Source: an uncultured Acidimicrobiales bacterium
GTDB taxonomy: Bacteria; Actinomycetota; Acidimicrobiia; Acidimicrobiales; UBA10347
NCBI GenBank assembly: GCA_963925805.1
Contig: CAWUSE010000013.1
Location: forward strand, 1,495 to 65,494
DNA length: 64,000 bases
Reading direction: 5' to 3'
The position numbers were made by a program, and so were the translations under genes. Position 1 is the first letter of the stretch, and every line of letters begins with the position of its first letter. This document shows, one piece after another, positions 1 to 9,542 of the stretch. A model generated the notes under the pieces. It was given only the letters and a program-made list of their open reading frames with translations. It searched no databases and was not told the origin of the DNA.

Positions 1-511
1 GCGATAGCAGCGGAGCTAGGGGTGTTTTGTCATAGGCGAGTTCGACAACGCCAGGCTTGGCGATGTCATTGCCGATGGCATCGATGGTGACTTGGCCACC
101 CTTGATGAGTCCTGCCAGTGCTGCAGTTCGTTCGGCGTTTGGCTCACCGGCTGAGTTGACAATCGCTATGCCGGCAATCGTGTTATGGCGTGATGCTAGC
201 CAGAGGGTAAGCGCCCCTCCCATCGACAGACCCGTCACGAACACGCGGTCGCAGCGCGATGCTAAGTCCAAATAGACCTGTTCGACATGCGCGGACCAGT
301 CTGGCCAGCCTGTGTTCAACATGTCGTCAACGTTGGTGCCATGGCCAGGAAGGCGAGGCATCTCTACGGTGTGGCCTGCGCGGATACAGGCTTGGGCGAT
401 GGGGTCCATCGACTGGGGTGAACCGGTAAAGCCATGGATGACCAACACGCCGATGGGCCCGCCTCGATGCGAGAGCGGTTCGGCGCCGGGCAGTATCTCT
501 AGGTCAGTCAT
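1..511 (-). CDS. alpha/beta hydrolase (carboxylesterase / monoacylglycerol-lipase-like), C-terminus beyond the window edge
   Basis: Absent from the ORF track because it is open at the window edge. Reverse-strand translation from ATG (complement of 509-511) reads MTDLEILPGAEPLSHRGGPIGVLVIHGFTGSPQSM...VFVTGLSMGGALTLWLA. It has the HGFTG oxyanion motif and the GLSMGG nucleophile elbow (G-x-S-x-G). The + strand ORFs 57..275 and 312..530 are antisense shadows. Confidence 0.75.
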   Translation of the reverse strand, partial: MTDLEILPGAEPLSHRGGPIGVLVIHGFTGSPQSMDPIAQACIRAGHTVEMPRLPGHGTNVDDMLNTGWPDWSAHVEQVYLDLASRCDRVFVTGLSMGGALTLWLASRHNTIAGIAIVNSAGEPNAERTAALAGLIKGGQVTIDAIGNDIAKPGVVELAYDKTPLAPLLS

Positions 512-1310
512 CGGTTGGCTCCGGTTTTGAGGGTGACAAAAATATGTGCGGGGTTACTGTCTTGAGTGTTGGGCCCCACCCAATCTTGGTGCGTATGACG
601 CTCAGTCTAGATGTCGCAGCCGTAGCGATGAAGCCGAAAGCCTACCGAAACCAGGCGCAACGTTGCCCGAGGACAGGGAGTGGGGCTCGCCCTGAAACCT
701 TGTTGAGATCAGCCACCAAAGTGCTGTTGCCGCGCTGCAATAGCAACGATGCCAGTTGCAGTAAGGCGCACATCGGGCAACATGGGAGTTCTGCCGCATC
801 CCGATGAGGGACGGGAAGCCCTAGGCCGCACAACGTGACGAGGCTCGTGTCGATCAACGCCTCGCGCATGATGGTCCACATGGCCCTGGGCAGGTAGCGG
901 CCCCAGTTCGCAGTCCCGTTGCGTCCTAGCCGAGACGCCCATTGCCAGACGTTTAAGGGGTCGGGTTGAGTGCGCAGCGCTTAGCGGCAAGACTGCATAC
1001 TGTGGACGACGAAAACCGCAGTGCGAATGAAAGTTTGGCCATCAACATCGTGTGCACCGCAATCGAAAATGATTGGGGCGACGACCGGCCCAACATGCTG
1101 ATGCACCCACCGTGCCAATGCCATCGCTGCGCGTCCGAACTCCCGTCGTTATTAGCTGACGATGGCTCGTGGCTGCTGGTCCACGGACAGCGCCAACGAC
1201 GGCGAGTCGAACCAGCCGAGCTTGGCGAAACGGGCCGCCACATTCTCGGATGACAAGTTGCGCCCGTTCCTGCAAGAGAGTAAGCGCCTGTCAAGGTAGG
1301 TTCGTCTGTA

Positions 1311-2252
1311 ATGAGTGATTTAGCTATCGAAACGGTGGGCTTGAAACGCTCGTTCGGCGACGTTCAGGCAGTGAAGAGTGTCGACCTGCGGGTACAAGAT
1401 GGAGAGATCTACGGCTTTCTGGGTCCAAACGGTGCCGGCAAGTCCACGGTGGTAAAAATGCTGATCACGCTGCTGCGGCCAACCGGCGGCAAGGCAACTG
1501 TGCTTGGTCACGATGTCGTATCGGGAGCGTCGAAGATCCGGCTGCGTATCGGGGCGGCGTTGCAGGATGCGTCGCTTGACGAAAAGCAAAGCGGTCGCGA
1601 GATCTTGCGGCTGCAGGGTGCGCTATACGGCCTGACCCGGAAAGAAACTGACGTTCGAATCGAAGAACTCAGTTCGCTGATTGATGTCGAAGCAACCGAT
1701 CGTTGGATCGGGACCTATTCCGGCGGTATGCGCCGCCGGCTTGATCTAGCCGCGTCGTTGATGCACAGCCCCGATCTGCTCTTTCTCGACGAACCGACCA
1801 CCGGGCTTGACCCGCACAGCCGGGTGCAAGTATGGGACGAGGTCCGTGCCCTGAACAAGGAACTGGGCACAACGATCTTTCTGACCACTCAGTATCTCGA
1901 AGAAGCCGACGAACTTGCCGATCGAGTAGGCATTATCAACAATGGCCTCATTGTTGGCGAGGGCACTCCCGAAGCACTCAAACGTTCTATCGGCGCCGAC
2001 GTAATCCAGGTCAGTGTTGATGATAACGAAAGTGCGGTTGCAGCGCTCCAGGCGTTGCCGTGCGTCGATAAGGTCGAAACTGGCCCACGGGCACTGCTGG
2101 TATCGGTCAATGATGGCGCAGCGGCTGTGTCACCGGTTGTGATCGCGCTTGATGGCGCAGGTGTCAAGATTGGCGAGCTCACGTTGCGCACGCCGACCCT
2201 GGACGACGTCTTTCTGGAACTCACGGGCGACCGAATTGAGGTCTCCGGATGA
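1311..2252 (+). CDS. ABC transporter ATP-binding protein (ABC-2 / DrrA-like exporter subfamily)
   Basis: 313 aa. Walker A GPNGAGKST, ABC signature YSGGMRRRL, Walker B LLFLDEPTTGLD. ATGA overlap with the permease gene. Confidence 0.9.
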   Translation: MSDLAIETVGLKRSFGDVQAVKSVDLRVQDGEIYGFLGPNGAGKSTVVKMLITLLRPTGGKATVLGHDVVSGASKIRLRIGAALQDASLDEKQSGREILRLQGALYGLTRKETDVRIEELSSLIDVEATDRWIGTYSGGMRRRLDLAASLMHSPDLLFLDEPTTGLDPHSRVQVWDEVRALNKELGTTIFLTTQYLEEADELADRVGIINNGLIVGEGTPEALKRSIGADVIQVSVDDNESAVAALQALPCVDKVETGPRALLVSVNDGAAAVSPVVIALDGAGVKIGELTLRTPTLDDVFLELTGDRIEVSG

Positions 2253-3076
2253 CCGTCACCGACACGCCACGCGCCGCAACTGTCCGTTCCAACGTGCAGG
2301 CGCGGCCATCGGGCTTTCTACGCGACTTGTGGACGGTCGCCAAACGAGCGATACGGGCCATCCCGCGTGAACCCGAAGCATTCTTGCCTGCACTCTTCAT
2401 CCCAGCGTTCTTCTTCATCGTGAACGTTGGAGCGCTACAAGACCTGACCGAAGCGATCCCAGGAGCTACCGACTTCAGCTACAAGAACTTCCAACTGCCA
2501 ACGGCAATTATTTTCGCGGTCACTGGCATAAGCCGGGCAACGGCCCTCGTCACTGACATTCAGACCGGCTACTTCGATCGGCTGTTGCTCAGCCCAGTGC
2601 GGCGTTTGCCACTGTTACTGGGACTGATGGTGTCGGATTTCATGCTGGTTATGGCGTTGTGTATCCCGGTTCTCATTCTGGGCGTAATAGTTGGCGTGTC
2701 GTTTGGAACCGGTGTGCTTGGGCTGTTGCTGTTCATCCTGATCGGAGCGTTGTGGGGCTTGGCCTTTACCGGCTTCCCCTATGCGATTGCGTTGAAGACA
2801 GCCAACCCAGGCGCTGTCGCGTCAAGCTTTCTGTTGTTCTTCCCGTTTGCGTTTCTGACCTCATCGACCGTGCCACTGGAAAATCTCACGCCATGGATGC
2901 GAGGGATCGCCCGATTCAACCCGATCACGTACGTCCTCGAAGGCATGCGTAGCTTGTTGTCCGCGGGTTGGCAATGGGGCGAGATCGGTAAGGCATTGTT
3001 GGCCATTGCAATCCTGGGAACCATCAGCCAGACGATGGCGATGCTTGCGTTGCGCGGGCGACTGGCGCAGAACTGA
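2249..3076 (+). CDS. ABC-2 type transporter permease
   Basis: 275 aa with multiple hydrophobic segments typical of ABC-2 permeases. The start overlaps the ATPase stop (ATGA at 2249-2252), implying translational coupling. Confidence 0.85.
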   Translation: MTVTDTPRAATVRSNVQARPSGFLRDLWTVAKRAIRAIPREPEAFLPALFIPAFFFIVNVGALQDLTEAIPGATDFSYKNFQLPTAIIFAVTGISRATALVTDIQTGYFDRLLLSPVRRLPLLLGLMVSDFMLVMALCIPVLILGVIVGVSFGTGVLGLLLFILIGALWGLAFTGFPYAIALKTANPGAVASSFLLFFPFAFLTSSTVPLENLTPWMRGIARFNPITYVLEGMRSLLSAGWQWGEIGKALLAIAILGTISQTMAMLALRGRLAQN

Positions 3077-3102
3077 CGAGTGCCGACAGAGCGAACCCAG
3101 GG

Positions 3103-3621
3103 TCAGCCTTCGATTGAGGCTTTGAGGTTTGCGAGAGTGGTGACCATGCCGTCGGCAACCATGTCGGCTCGACCCTGCACCCGTTCTTCGGGTGCGTCGA
3201 CAAGTGATGGCGGCAGCTGCGTCATCTTCCAGGTTTCGGTTACTCGTGTGCCCTGATCGGTCGCTTCCAAGTGGTAGCCCCATTCAGCAACAGGGTTATC
3301 TAGCGCTCCGACGGTGAAACAAAATGCCGAGCCAGGGTCACAGCGCACGACCTCGGCGACGGCGCTCCATGTGCGGTCGCCTATCGCGTTGTTACCTTCA
3401 AAACGGTCGCCCACATTGGTGCCGTTGCCGAGGATCCAGCTTCCGCCCGTATTCTCAGGACTCCATTCGCCCATTCGTTCGAGGCTGCTGACGATGTTGT
3501 ACACGTCAATAGGTGTGGCGGCGATTTCGACAGTTTTTGCGTGTTCCCAAGACATGGACGCACGATATTGCCCGTAGCGACCTAGCTCCAAGCCGCCAGC
3601 GTCAATCGGTTTGTGAACCAC
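3103..3621 (-). CDS. SRPBCC-superfamily (polyketide cyclase/dehydrase-like) small protein
   Basis: 172 aa of uniform coding appearance. Size and Trp/Glu-rich pattern match SRPBCC ligand-binding proteins (recognition only). The start could instead be the internal Met 22 codons downstream. Confidence 0.65.
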   Translation of the reverse strand: MVHKPIDAGGLELGRYGQYRASMSWEHAKTVEIAATPIDVYNIVSSLERMGEWSPENTGGSWILGNGTNVGDRFEGNNAIGDRTWSAVAEVVRCDPGSAFCFTVGALDNPVAEWGYHLEATDQGTRVTETWKMTQLPPSLVDAPEERVQGRADMVADGMVTTLANLKASIEG

Positions 3622-4046
3622 GGGTAGAAGGATCGGCCGGCCGGCGCCTCTTCGCTGGAGCGAGTCTTCTAAAGCTGCTCTTCGAAGGTGGCGCTTGCGC
3701 TTAGCTCAAGGTCATTGGACAACGGTTGAACAAAGCAAAGGTTGGGAGCTGTAGCGATGCACCTGTGTTGGACTGGCTCTGTTGTTGGTTGTAGTGCCAC
3801 CAAAGTTTCAGCACGGCGGGTCCCGTCACGACCACAATTACGAGCAAGTTTGCTGCGGCCGTTCAGAGTTCGCTGGGCAAGAATGGTTAGCTAACACACT
3901 CGGAGTGCGCCGCTGTTAACTGTCAAACTTTGGTCCTCACCTCTTGGCTGACTGCGGCGAAGCGGGGTGCTATCACGGTGCGGGTACCCAGTGAAACAGG
4001 GGGCGGAAGGTTCTGTTGCTAAGTGGGCCGGCAGTTAGTGGGGCCT

Positions 4047-4832
4047 TTACGCGTTGAGCATCGATATACCACCGTCGACAGGCACAGTTACACCGTTGAT
4101 ATAGGCGCCAGCCCGGCTGGATAGCCAGATGACGGTGCCAGCGACATCTTCAGGTGTGCCGATGCGGCCCCGAGGATTCGTGCCCTCGATGTTCGCGCGG
4201 ATCTTCTCGTCCTCGAGCATGTAGGCCATCATCTTCGACTCGAAGGGACCTGGAGCGATGCAGTTCACGGTGATGTTGCGGTCGGTCAAGAACTTGGCCA
4301 TATGGCGAGCCAGCATGTGGATGCCGGCCTTCGACGCCGAGTACGAAAAGTTGTCGCCAACCGGCACACGGATGCCATCGACTGAGCCGGTCATGATGAC
4401 TCGCCCGGGGTCGTCGGGGGTGGCTGCAGCGGTGAGTGGCTCTAACAACGCTTGAGTGAGCATGTAGGGCGCCTTGACGTTGATGTCCATCACCTTGTCG
4501 AAGCCGACATCGGGGAACTCGCCCATGGGGGCACCCCATGCGGCGCCAGCGTTGTTGACCAGGATGTGGAGTTCGTTCTCACGCTCGCGGAACGCAGCAA
4601 CGAATGCGGCGAGACCTTCGGCAGAAGACATGTCGGCCGGAATCGATATGCACTCGCCAATGGCACTCAAACGTTCGGCGGTTGCATCGCATGCGTCGGC
4701 CTTGCGGGCAGTGATATAGGTACGCACGCCGTTCGTGACCAAACCCTCGGCGATCATTTCACCGATACCCCGCGACCCGCCAGTCACGATTGCAACCTTG
4801 CCAGCAACACCAAACAATTTTGTCAAATCCAT
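4047..4832 (-). CDS. short-chain dehydrogenase/reductase (SDR)
   Basis: 261 aa. Cofactor motif TGGSRGIG, NNAG, catalytic YSASKAG (Y-x3-K). Confidence 0.9.
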   Translation of the reverse strand: MDLTKLFGVAGKVAIVTGGSRGIGEMIAEGLVTNGVRTYITARKADACDATAERLSAIGECISIPADMSSAEGLAAFVAAFRERENELHILVNNAGAAWGAPMGEFPDVGFDKVMDINVKAPYMLTQALLEPLTAAATPDDPGRVIMTGSVDGIRVPVGDNFSYSASKAGIHMLARHMAKFLTDRNITVNCIAPGPFESKMMAYMLEDEKIRANIEGTNPRGRIGTPEDVAGTVIWLSSRAGAYINGVTVPVDGGISMLNA

Positions 4833-5300
4833 GATCTAAAACTACTCGCGACAGGTGGCGCTTTTACAGCTTCAGTCACGCTGGTCAGCGGCCCGGCACC
4901 TGACAGGTCGTACCTCAAGAGGCGCGGTCATGTCCAGGTTGCCAGTGGCGAGGAGCGAGCGAACTAAGTTCACGGCTCTGACCTTGTCCTCACGTTCGGT
5001 AGCGTCGACGAAGCCCTTTTGGTCTACCGGAGCATCGGCGAGCGCCGACATGTCGTGGGGCCAGAGGTCGCGGTTCGACTCAGAGAACCCGCCCAAGGCT
5101 TGGGTCAGAAAACCTGTACCTGGGGGCGTGCGCTGGTTAGGGCCCCTTCGAGAATTGGGGTGGAAAGGCAACACCAGGCTTTGCGTGGCAAGCCGAGTTG
5201 TTTCTTAAACCCAGCAGTTCGAAGGCAACCGTGCGGTCAGCCGAATTAAAAGCCCCGAGCGCCCGGTTCCCTTTAGACCTAGCAATCGGTCTCGCTGGTG

Positions 5301-6245
5301 TCAGGTAACGGTCGAAGTGAATTTGCGCATGAGCCAGGGCCCGGCCTGGACGGGTTCGTGCCGAGGCGACTCGTCGCCGACCCGGCAAGTAGGCAGGCAC
5401 TCAATGGTCGCGTCCCAGTTGGCCATATGGAAGAACGCAAATGATTGCCGAGGTGCCGTATCGGTGCGTGCGACCCGGTGGACCGTCGACCGCCATTGGT
5501 TGTTTGTCCACTGCTCGATTGAGTCGCCGAGATTGACCACGAACATGTCGGGTCCCGGCGAAACGCCGACCCAGCTTCCGTCAGCCTGTCTGATCTCTAA
5601 CCCGCTGACGTCGTCGGTACGAAGGATTGTCAGGGTTCCATAGTCGCTGTGTGCGCCAGCCCGAAGCGAGTTCGCAGCGGCGTCGACATCGATAGCGGGG
5701 TAGTGCAATGCTCGCATTGATGTGATCGGCTGGTTGATTAACGTTTGAAAATAGTCAGCGGGGAGTTCAAGAGCTAGTGCCATCACCATCATCAGTCGTT
5801 CGGCTACCTGTGCAAGCTCTTGGTAGTACGCCGTCCATGTAGACCGCAGACGAGTCGGGTGTTTGGGCCACAAGCTAGGAGAGCGGATCCACGCCTGGTC
5901 TTGGGCTGTCAACGCTCCAGCACCGCGACCACAATCTGGTCCGACTGAGAGCGACTCTTTCAGGTCCGGCCCACTTGGCGTGCCATCGTCGAGCGATTTG
6001 GCGAGGGTCTCGAACTTGAACGGCGAGTAGCCATAGGGGTAGCCAGGTTCGGGGAATTCGATACGTCGTTTCTCTCGTTCGGGCAGCGCGAAGAACTCGG
6101 CCGCTGCAACCCAGGCGTCGTCGGCGACCTGTCTAGATACGACGGAGAGAGGTAGTTGAAAAAAGCCCGTGGTTTCGCACGCTTCGGCCATGACCGCAGC
6201 CTGCTGTTCGAGTGGGGTGTCGAAGTCGATCACGGCGAGTTCCAT
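5301..6245 (-). CDS. 2-oxoglutarate/Fe(II)-dependent oxygenase (isopenicillin-N-synthase-like family)
   Basis: Track ORF 5301..6497 trimmed to the Met of MELAVIDFDTP (complement of 6243-6245); the upstream extension is Arg/Cys-rich junk. It has GFFQL near the N-terminus, H-x-D in GAHSDYG, the distal His in STVHRV, and RQSFAFF (R-x-S). Confidence 0.8.
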   Translation of the reverse strand: MELAVIDFDTPLEQQAAVMAEACETTGFFQLPLSVVSRQVADDAWVAAAEFFALPEREKRRIEFPEPGYPYGYSPFKFETLAKSLDDGTPSGPDLKESLSVGPDCGRGAGALTAQDQAWIRSPSLWPKHPTRLRSTWTAYYQELAQVAERLMMVMALALELPADYFQTLINQPITSMRALHYPAIDVDAAANSLRAGAHSDYGTLTILRTDDVSGLEIRQADGSWVGVSPGPDMFVVNLGDSIEQWTNNQWRSTVHRVARTDTAPRQSFAFFHMANWDATIECLPTCRVGDESPRHEPVQAGPWLMRKFTSTVT

Positions 6246-6359
6246 CAGCTGCACACTAGTAGGAAGGCCTTGCATGGGCAGCAGTGCAGGTTCGCCGCCC
6301 GGCCAACTACGAGAGCCACCGGCAGATCTTCTAGCGTGGTGTGAGAAGACGACGAGAGG

Positions 6360-7520
6360 TTGACTATGGCTGGCGATGAAATGATGCGCGGTGTGGGTGA
6401 CGGCTTGCCCGTTCCTGAGTTCGAGGCTGCAGCGTGGGCAACCCCCAAGCCGCTGGCTGAGGCGACGGTTGCAATCGTGACGTCCGCAGCACTGCATCGC
6501 AGCGGCGATGAAGGCTTCCAGCCTGGTGACACCGAATATCGCCTACTCCCGAGCGATGCTCGCGATCTCGTGCTCGGGCATTGGAGCCCAAACTTTGACC
6601 GGTCTGGTATTGCGATTGACCTGAACGTGGTCTTTCCCATCGATCGGCTCGATGAACTTGCCGCTCAGGGTGTCATCGGTGCCGTGGCACCACGACATGC
6701 ATCGTTTGCCGGCAATCAGCCGGACGACGTTGCGACGATCCGAATCGACTCCGGTCCTCGTGCTGCTGCACAACTCAAGGCTGACGGTGTTGACATCGTG
6801 CTGCTCACACCTGTTTGACCACTCTGCACGCGTACCGTGAGTACGCTTGCCCATGTCTTCGAAGCTGCTGGCATCGCCACCGTCACCTTGGCTGCAACCA
6901 AGTCCGTCGTTGAGCGAATGCAGCCTCCCCGTGCGCTGTTCTGCGAGTTCCCGCTAGGCCGCCCGATGGGAAAGCCTGGCGACGCTGAATTCCAGCACGC
7001 TGTGTTGGCCCGCGCCTTTGCCATGCTCGATGCTGAAACAGGCCCGGTGCTCGAGATCTATCCCGAGGTCATCGAGGCTGACGAGACGCCGTTGAGCTGT
7101 GCCTTGCCGCCTCGATTCGATCCATCGCTTCCGGCGGCCGTCGACGAAGCTAATGGCATGCGCAAGGCGTTCGATCGAGCTCTCGAACGCAGAGGCGTCA
7201 CCTCAGTCGGTCGTGTCGTTGACCCCGATGGGGTTCCGGGTGCCCTGCAGATCTTTGATGACATTGCCAACGGGGCGCTCTGGAAAGAAGCTGGGATTCC
7301 TGGTGGGAACACCACAGCGGTTTGCCACGATATTCGCACGTACTACGAGGAAGCCGCGCTCGAACTGGTCGATGGGCCACCGCCAAGCGGGCGGTCTGCA
7401 GAAGCGTGGTACTTCGAGTCGACCCAGGCTGGCCGAACGGTCATGGCCGCACGAGTTGCGATCAAAGAGCAGGGCGCTCCTCATCCGGTTTGGTTCTATA
7501 TGGCCCCGGGTCACCGTTAG
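6360..7520 (+). CDS. GrdB-family (glycine/sarcosine/betaine reductase component B-like) protein with in-frame UGA, probable selenocysteine at 6816-6818
   Basis: Track ORFs 6360..6818 and 6837..7520 share a frame, and the TGA at 6816-6818 is the only stop between them. Read-through gives ...DIVLLTPV-U-PLCTRTVSTLAHVFEAAGIATVTL... This matches my recollection of the Sec site of clostridial GrdB (U-G-T-C-T-R ... E-x-A-G-I-P-V). The joined length of 386 aa fits a full GRDB domain, and a SECIS-like hairpin follows. Confidence 0.7.
6826..6850 (+). promoter_or_regulatory. SECIS-like stem-loop downstream of the in-frame UGA
   Basis: GCACGCGUAC-CGUGA-GUACGCUUGC forms a 10-bp stem with one C/U mismatch and a 5-nt apical loop containing G and U. 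The loop lies 18-22 nt 3' of the UGA, within the spacing reported for bacterial SECIS elements. Confidence 0.45.
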
Positions 7521-7854
7521 CTTCCCGGCCGGCCCGACTGGGATTGGCGGGGTATTCCGCAAAGTGCGTATGAATTGCCAGTCATCGTCTCCTAGTTCGA
7601 GCGAGGCGACAGACATGATTGCCCAAGGGCACTTGCTAGACGGTGTTGTTGACCATCTAGTCGCCAACATCATGTCGTGAATAGTGGCCAAAGCCCGCGC
7701 TAAAGGACTCGACAAGCGCTCCTGTAGCTTCAAATGCACGTGCGCAGTGAGGCCGCTCGAAGCTGTGTGCAAGCTTCTGTAGAACACGCTTACTGGCCGA
7801 GATGAACAAATGGAGCCTCACCTGCCAAGCTGTTCTTCTCGACAAGGAGTAGAT

Positions 7855-8652
7855 GTGGCTAACAATCAGCTAAACGACAAGGTTGCCGTAATCACCGGTG
7901 GCGCAAGTGGCATTGGCCGGGCGTGCGCCCGACGGTTTGCCGCTGAAGGAGCCCGGGTTGTCCTTGGCGATATCAATATGGATGCGGCTATCGACGCCGC
8001 TGCCCAGATCGAATCGACGGGCGGCACGGCCCATGCTGTGCGACTTGACGCTGCATCTCCTACCGAGAATGTTGCGATGATTCAGGCTGCGCTTGATAAA
8101 TATGGTCGTGTAGATGCTGTTGTAGCTGCTGCGGGTCTGTCTCATGCTGGCTATGTCAGCGGCGAGCGACATGCACGCGCCACTGAGGGTTTGCTGCACC
8201 AGTCACCTGAAGACTGGCAACGGGTGATGGACGTGAACCTGACTGGCGTGATGTTGGTTAACCAGGCAGCGGCTCAAGCCATGATCGAGGGTGGTACCCC
8301 AGGCACGATCGTGAACATAGCCTCCGTTGCGGCCAAGGTACCGCTCCGCGGTGCTGTGGATTATTGCGTTTCAAAGGCAGGAGTTTGGATGCTGACGAAG
8401 GCGTTCGCTCTTGAAATGACCGACTATGGCATCAGGGTTAATGCCATCGGCCCGGGCTTTATTGAAACCCCAATGACGGCTCGCGCTGGCGCACACGCCG
8501 AGGGAGCAGCCCGCATGTTGGGAATGACTCCCATGGGTCGCCTTGGCGTGACTGACGAGATTGCCAACACCGCTCTCTTCCTGTCGACCGACCAATCCTC
8601 GTACACGACAGGCCAAATACTGTTTCCTGCTGGCGGTATGTTCACGGGATGA
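7855..8652 (+). CDS. short-chain dehydrogenase/reductase (SDR)
   Basis: TGGASGIG cofactor motif and catalytic YCVSKAG (Y-x3-K). The track ORF starts at 7810, but GTG 7855 is preceded by AAGGAG (7844-7849) and gives the usual short N-terminus before the Rossmann motif. Confidence 0.9.
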   Translation: MANNQLNDKVAVITGGASGIGRACARRFAAEGARVVLGDINMDAAIDAAAQIESTGGTAHAVRLDAASPTENVAMIQAALDKYGRVDAVVAAAGLSHAGYVSGERHARATEGLLHQSPEDWQRVMDVNLTGVMLVNQAAAQAMIEGGTPGTIVNIASVAAKVPLRGAVDYCVSKAGVWMLTKAFALEMTDYGIRVNAIGPGFIETPMTARAGAHAEGAARMLGMTPMGRLGVTDEIANTALFLSTDQSSYTTGQILFPAGGMFTG

Positions 8653-9455
8653 CCAACGAGATCACCGACCATTATTCCTTTGGGGGTTTGCGCACCCGTA
8701 TCGAAAATGGCCTCGCCATGCTCGACGGCGATCCCACGGTTGAAATGCTGGGTCCAGTAGACGAGTTTCACGTCGGTGGGCGGCCTGCGACTGCTCACTT
8801 CGTGGAGCAACTCGATCTTGATGCGGGTAGCCATGTGCTCGATATCGGAAGTGGCCTTGGTGGCACCGCTCGCTTCATGGCAGCGTCGGCTGGCGTCACT
8901 GTTACTGGCGTTGACCTGACTGAAGAATACGTGCAAGTCGCGACCTGGCTGACCAAGCTTGTGGGACTCTCCAACTCGGTGCAGTTCATCCATGCATCCG
9001 CCGCAGAATTGCCGGTTCCCGAACAAGCCTTTGATGCCGCCTCGATGGTTCATGTCGGTATGAACATTCCAGACAAGGCGGCTGTTTTCACAGATATTGG
9101 TCGCCAACTTACTCCTGGTGGGGTGTTCGGGATCTATGACCTGATGGTCACCGGCGAGGCTCAACCGGACTATCCAGTGCCATGGGCGGCAACAGCCACT
9201 ACCAGCTTTCTGGAAACCCCAGCACAGTACGTTGCACATCTCGGGTCGGCGGGCTTCAGGTCGGTCCAGGTCATCGACCGGACCCCGGCAGCACTCGCTG
9301 TATTTGACCAGTTGGCTTCAGCTACGAGCAACGGGCCACCGGCGCTTGGGCTGCATCTCGTGATGGGCCCCGACACAGCGACAAAGTTCGCCAACCTGGT
9401 GACGGCCGTGCGCTCCGGGGCTATTGCTCCGACAGAAATAATTGCGCGCCGCTGA
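8649..9455 (+). CDS. class I SAM-dependent methyltransferase
   Basis: 268 aa. SAM motif I VLDIGSGLGG. ATGA overlap with the upstream SDR gene. Confidence 0.85.
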   Translation: MTNEITDHYSFGGLRTRIENGLAMLDGDPTVEMLGPVDEFHVGGRPATAHFVEQLDLDAGSHVLDIGSGLGGTARFMAASAGVTVTGVDLTEEYVQVATWLTKLVGLSNSVQFIHASAAELPVPEQAFDAASMVHVGMNIPDKAAVFTDIGRQLTPGGVFGIYDLMVTGEAQPDYPVPWAATATTSFLETPAQYVAHLGSAGFRSVQVIDRTPAALAVFDQLASATSNGPPALGLHLVMGPDTATKFANLVTAVRSGAIAPTEIIARR

Positions 9456-9542
9456 TTGGTGACCCGCGTGTTCAACGGCGAACTGCGCGGACCTGGGATA
9501 GTCGGAGCGGCCGCTCCTGCTCCTGGCTACTAGGTTTGCGAT

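Noticed and set aside
5301-6497. Long N-terminal extensions of track ORFs (also 20578..21498, 45956..47581, 60574..62181, 11645..13891, 13951..15924, 29779..30156)
   Set aside because: The extensions are Arg/Cys/Pro-rich or overlap neighbouring genes or tRNAs. Internal Met/GTG codons give N-termini matching the conserved family starts, so the genes were trimmed.
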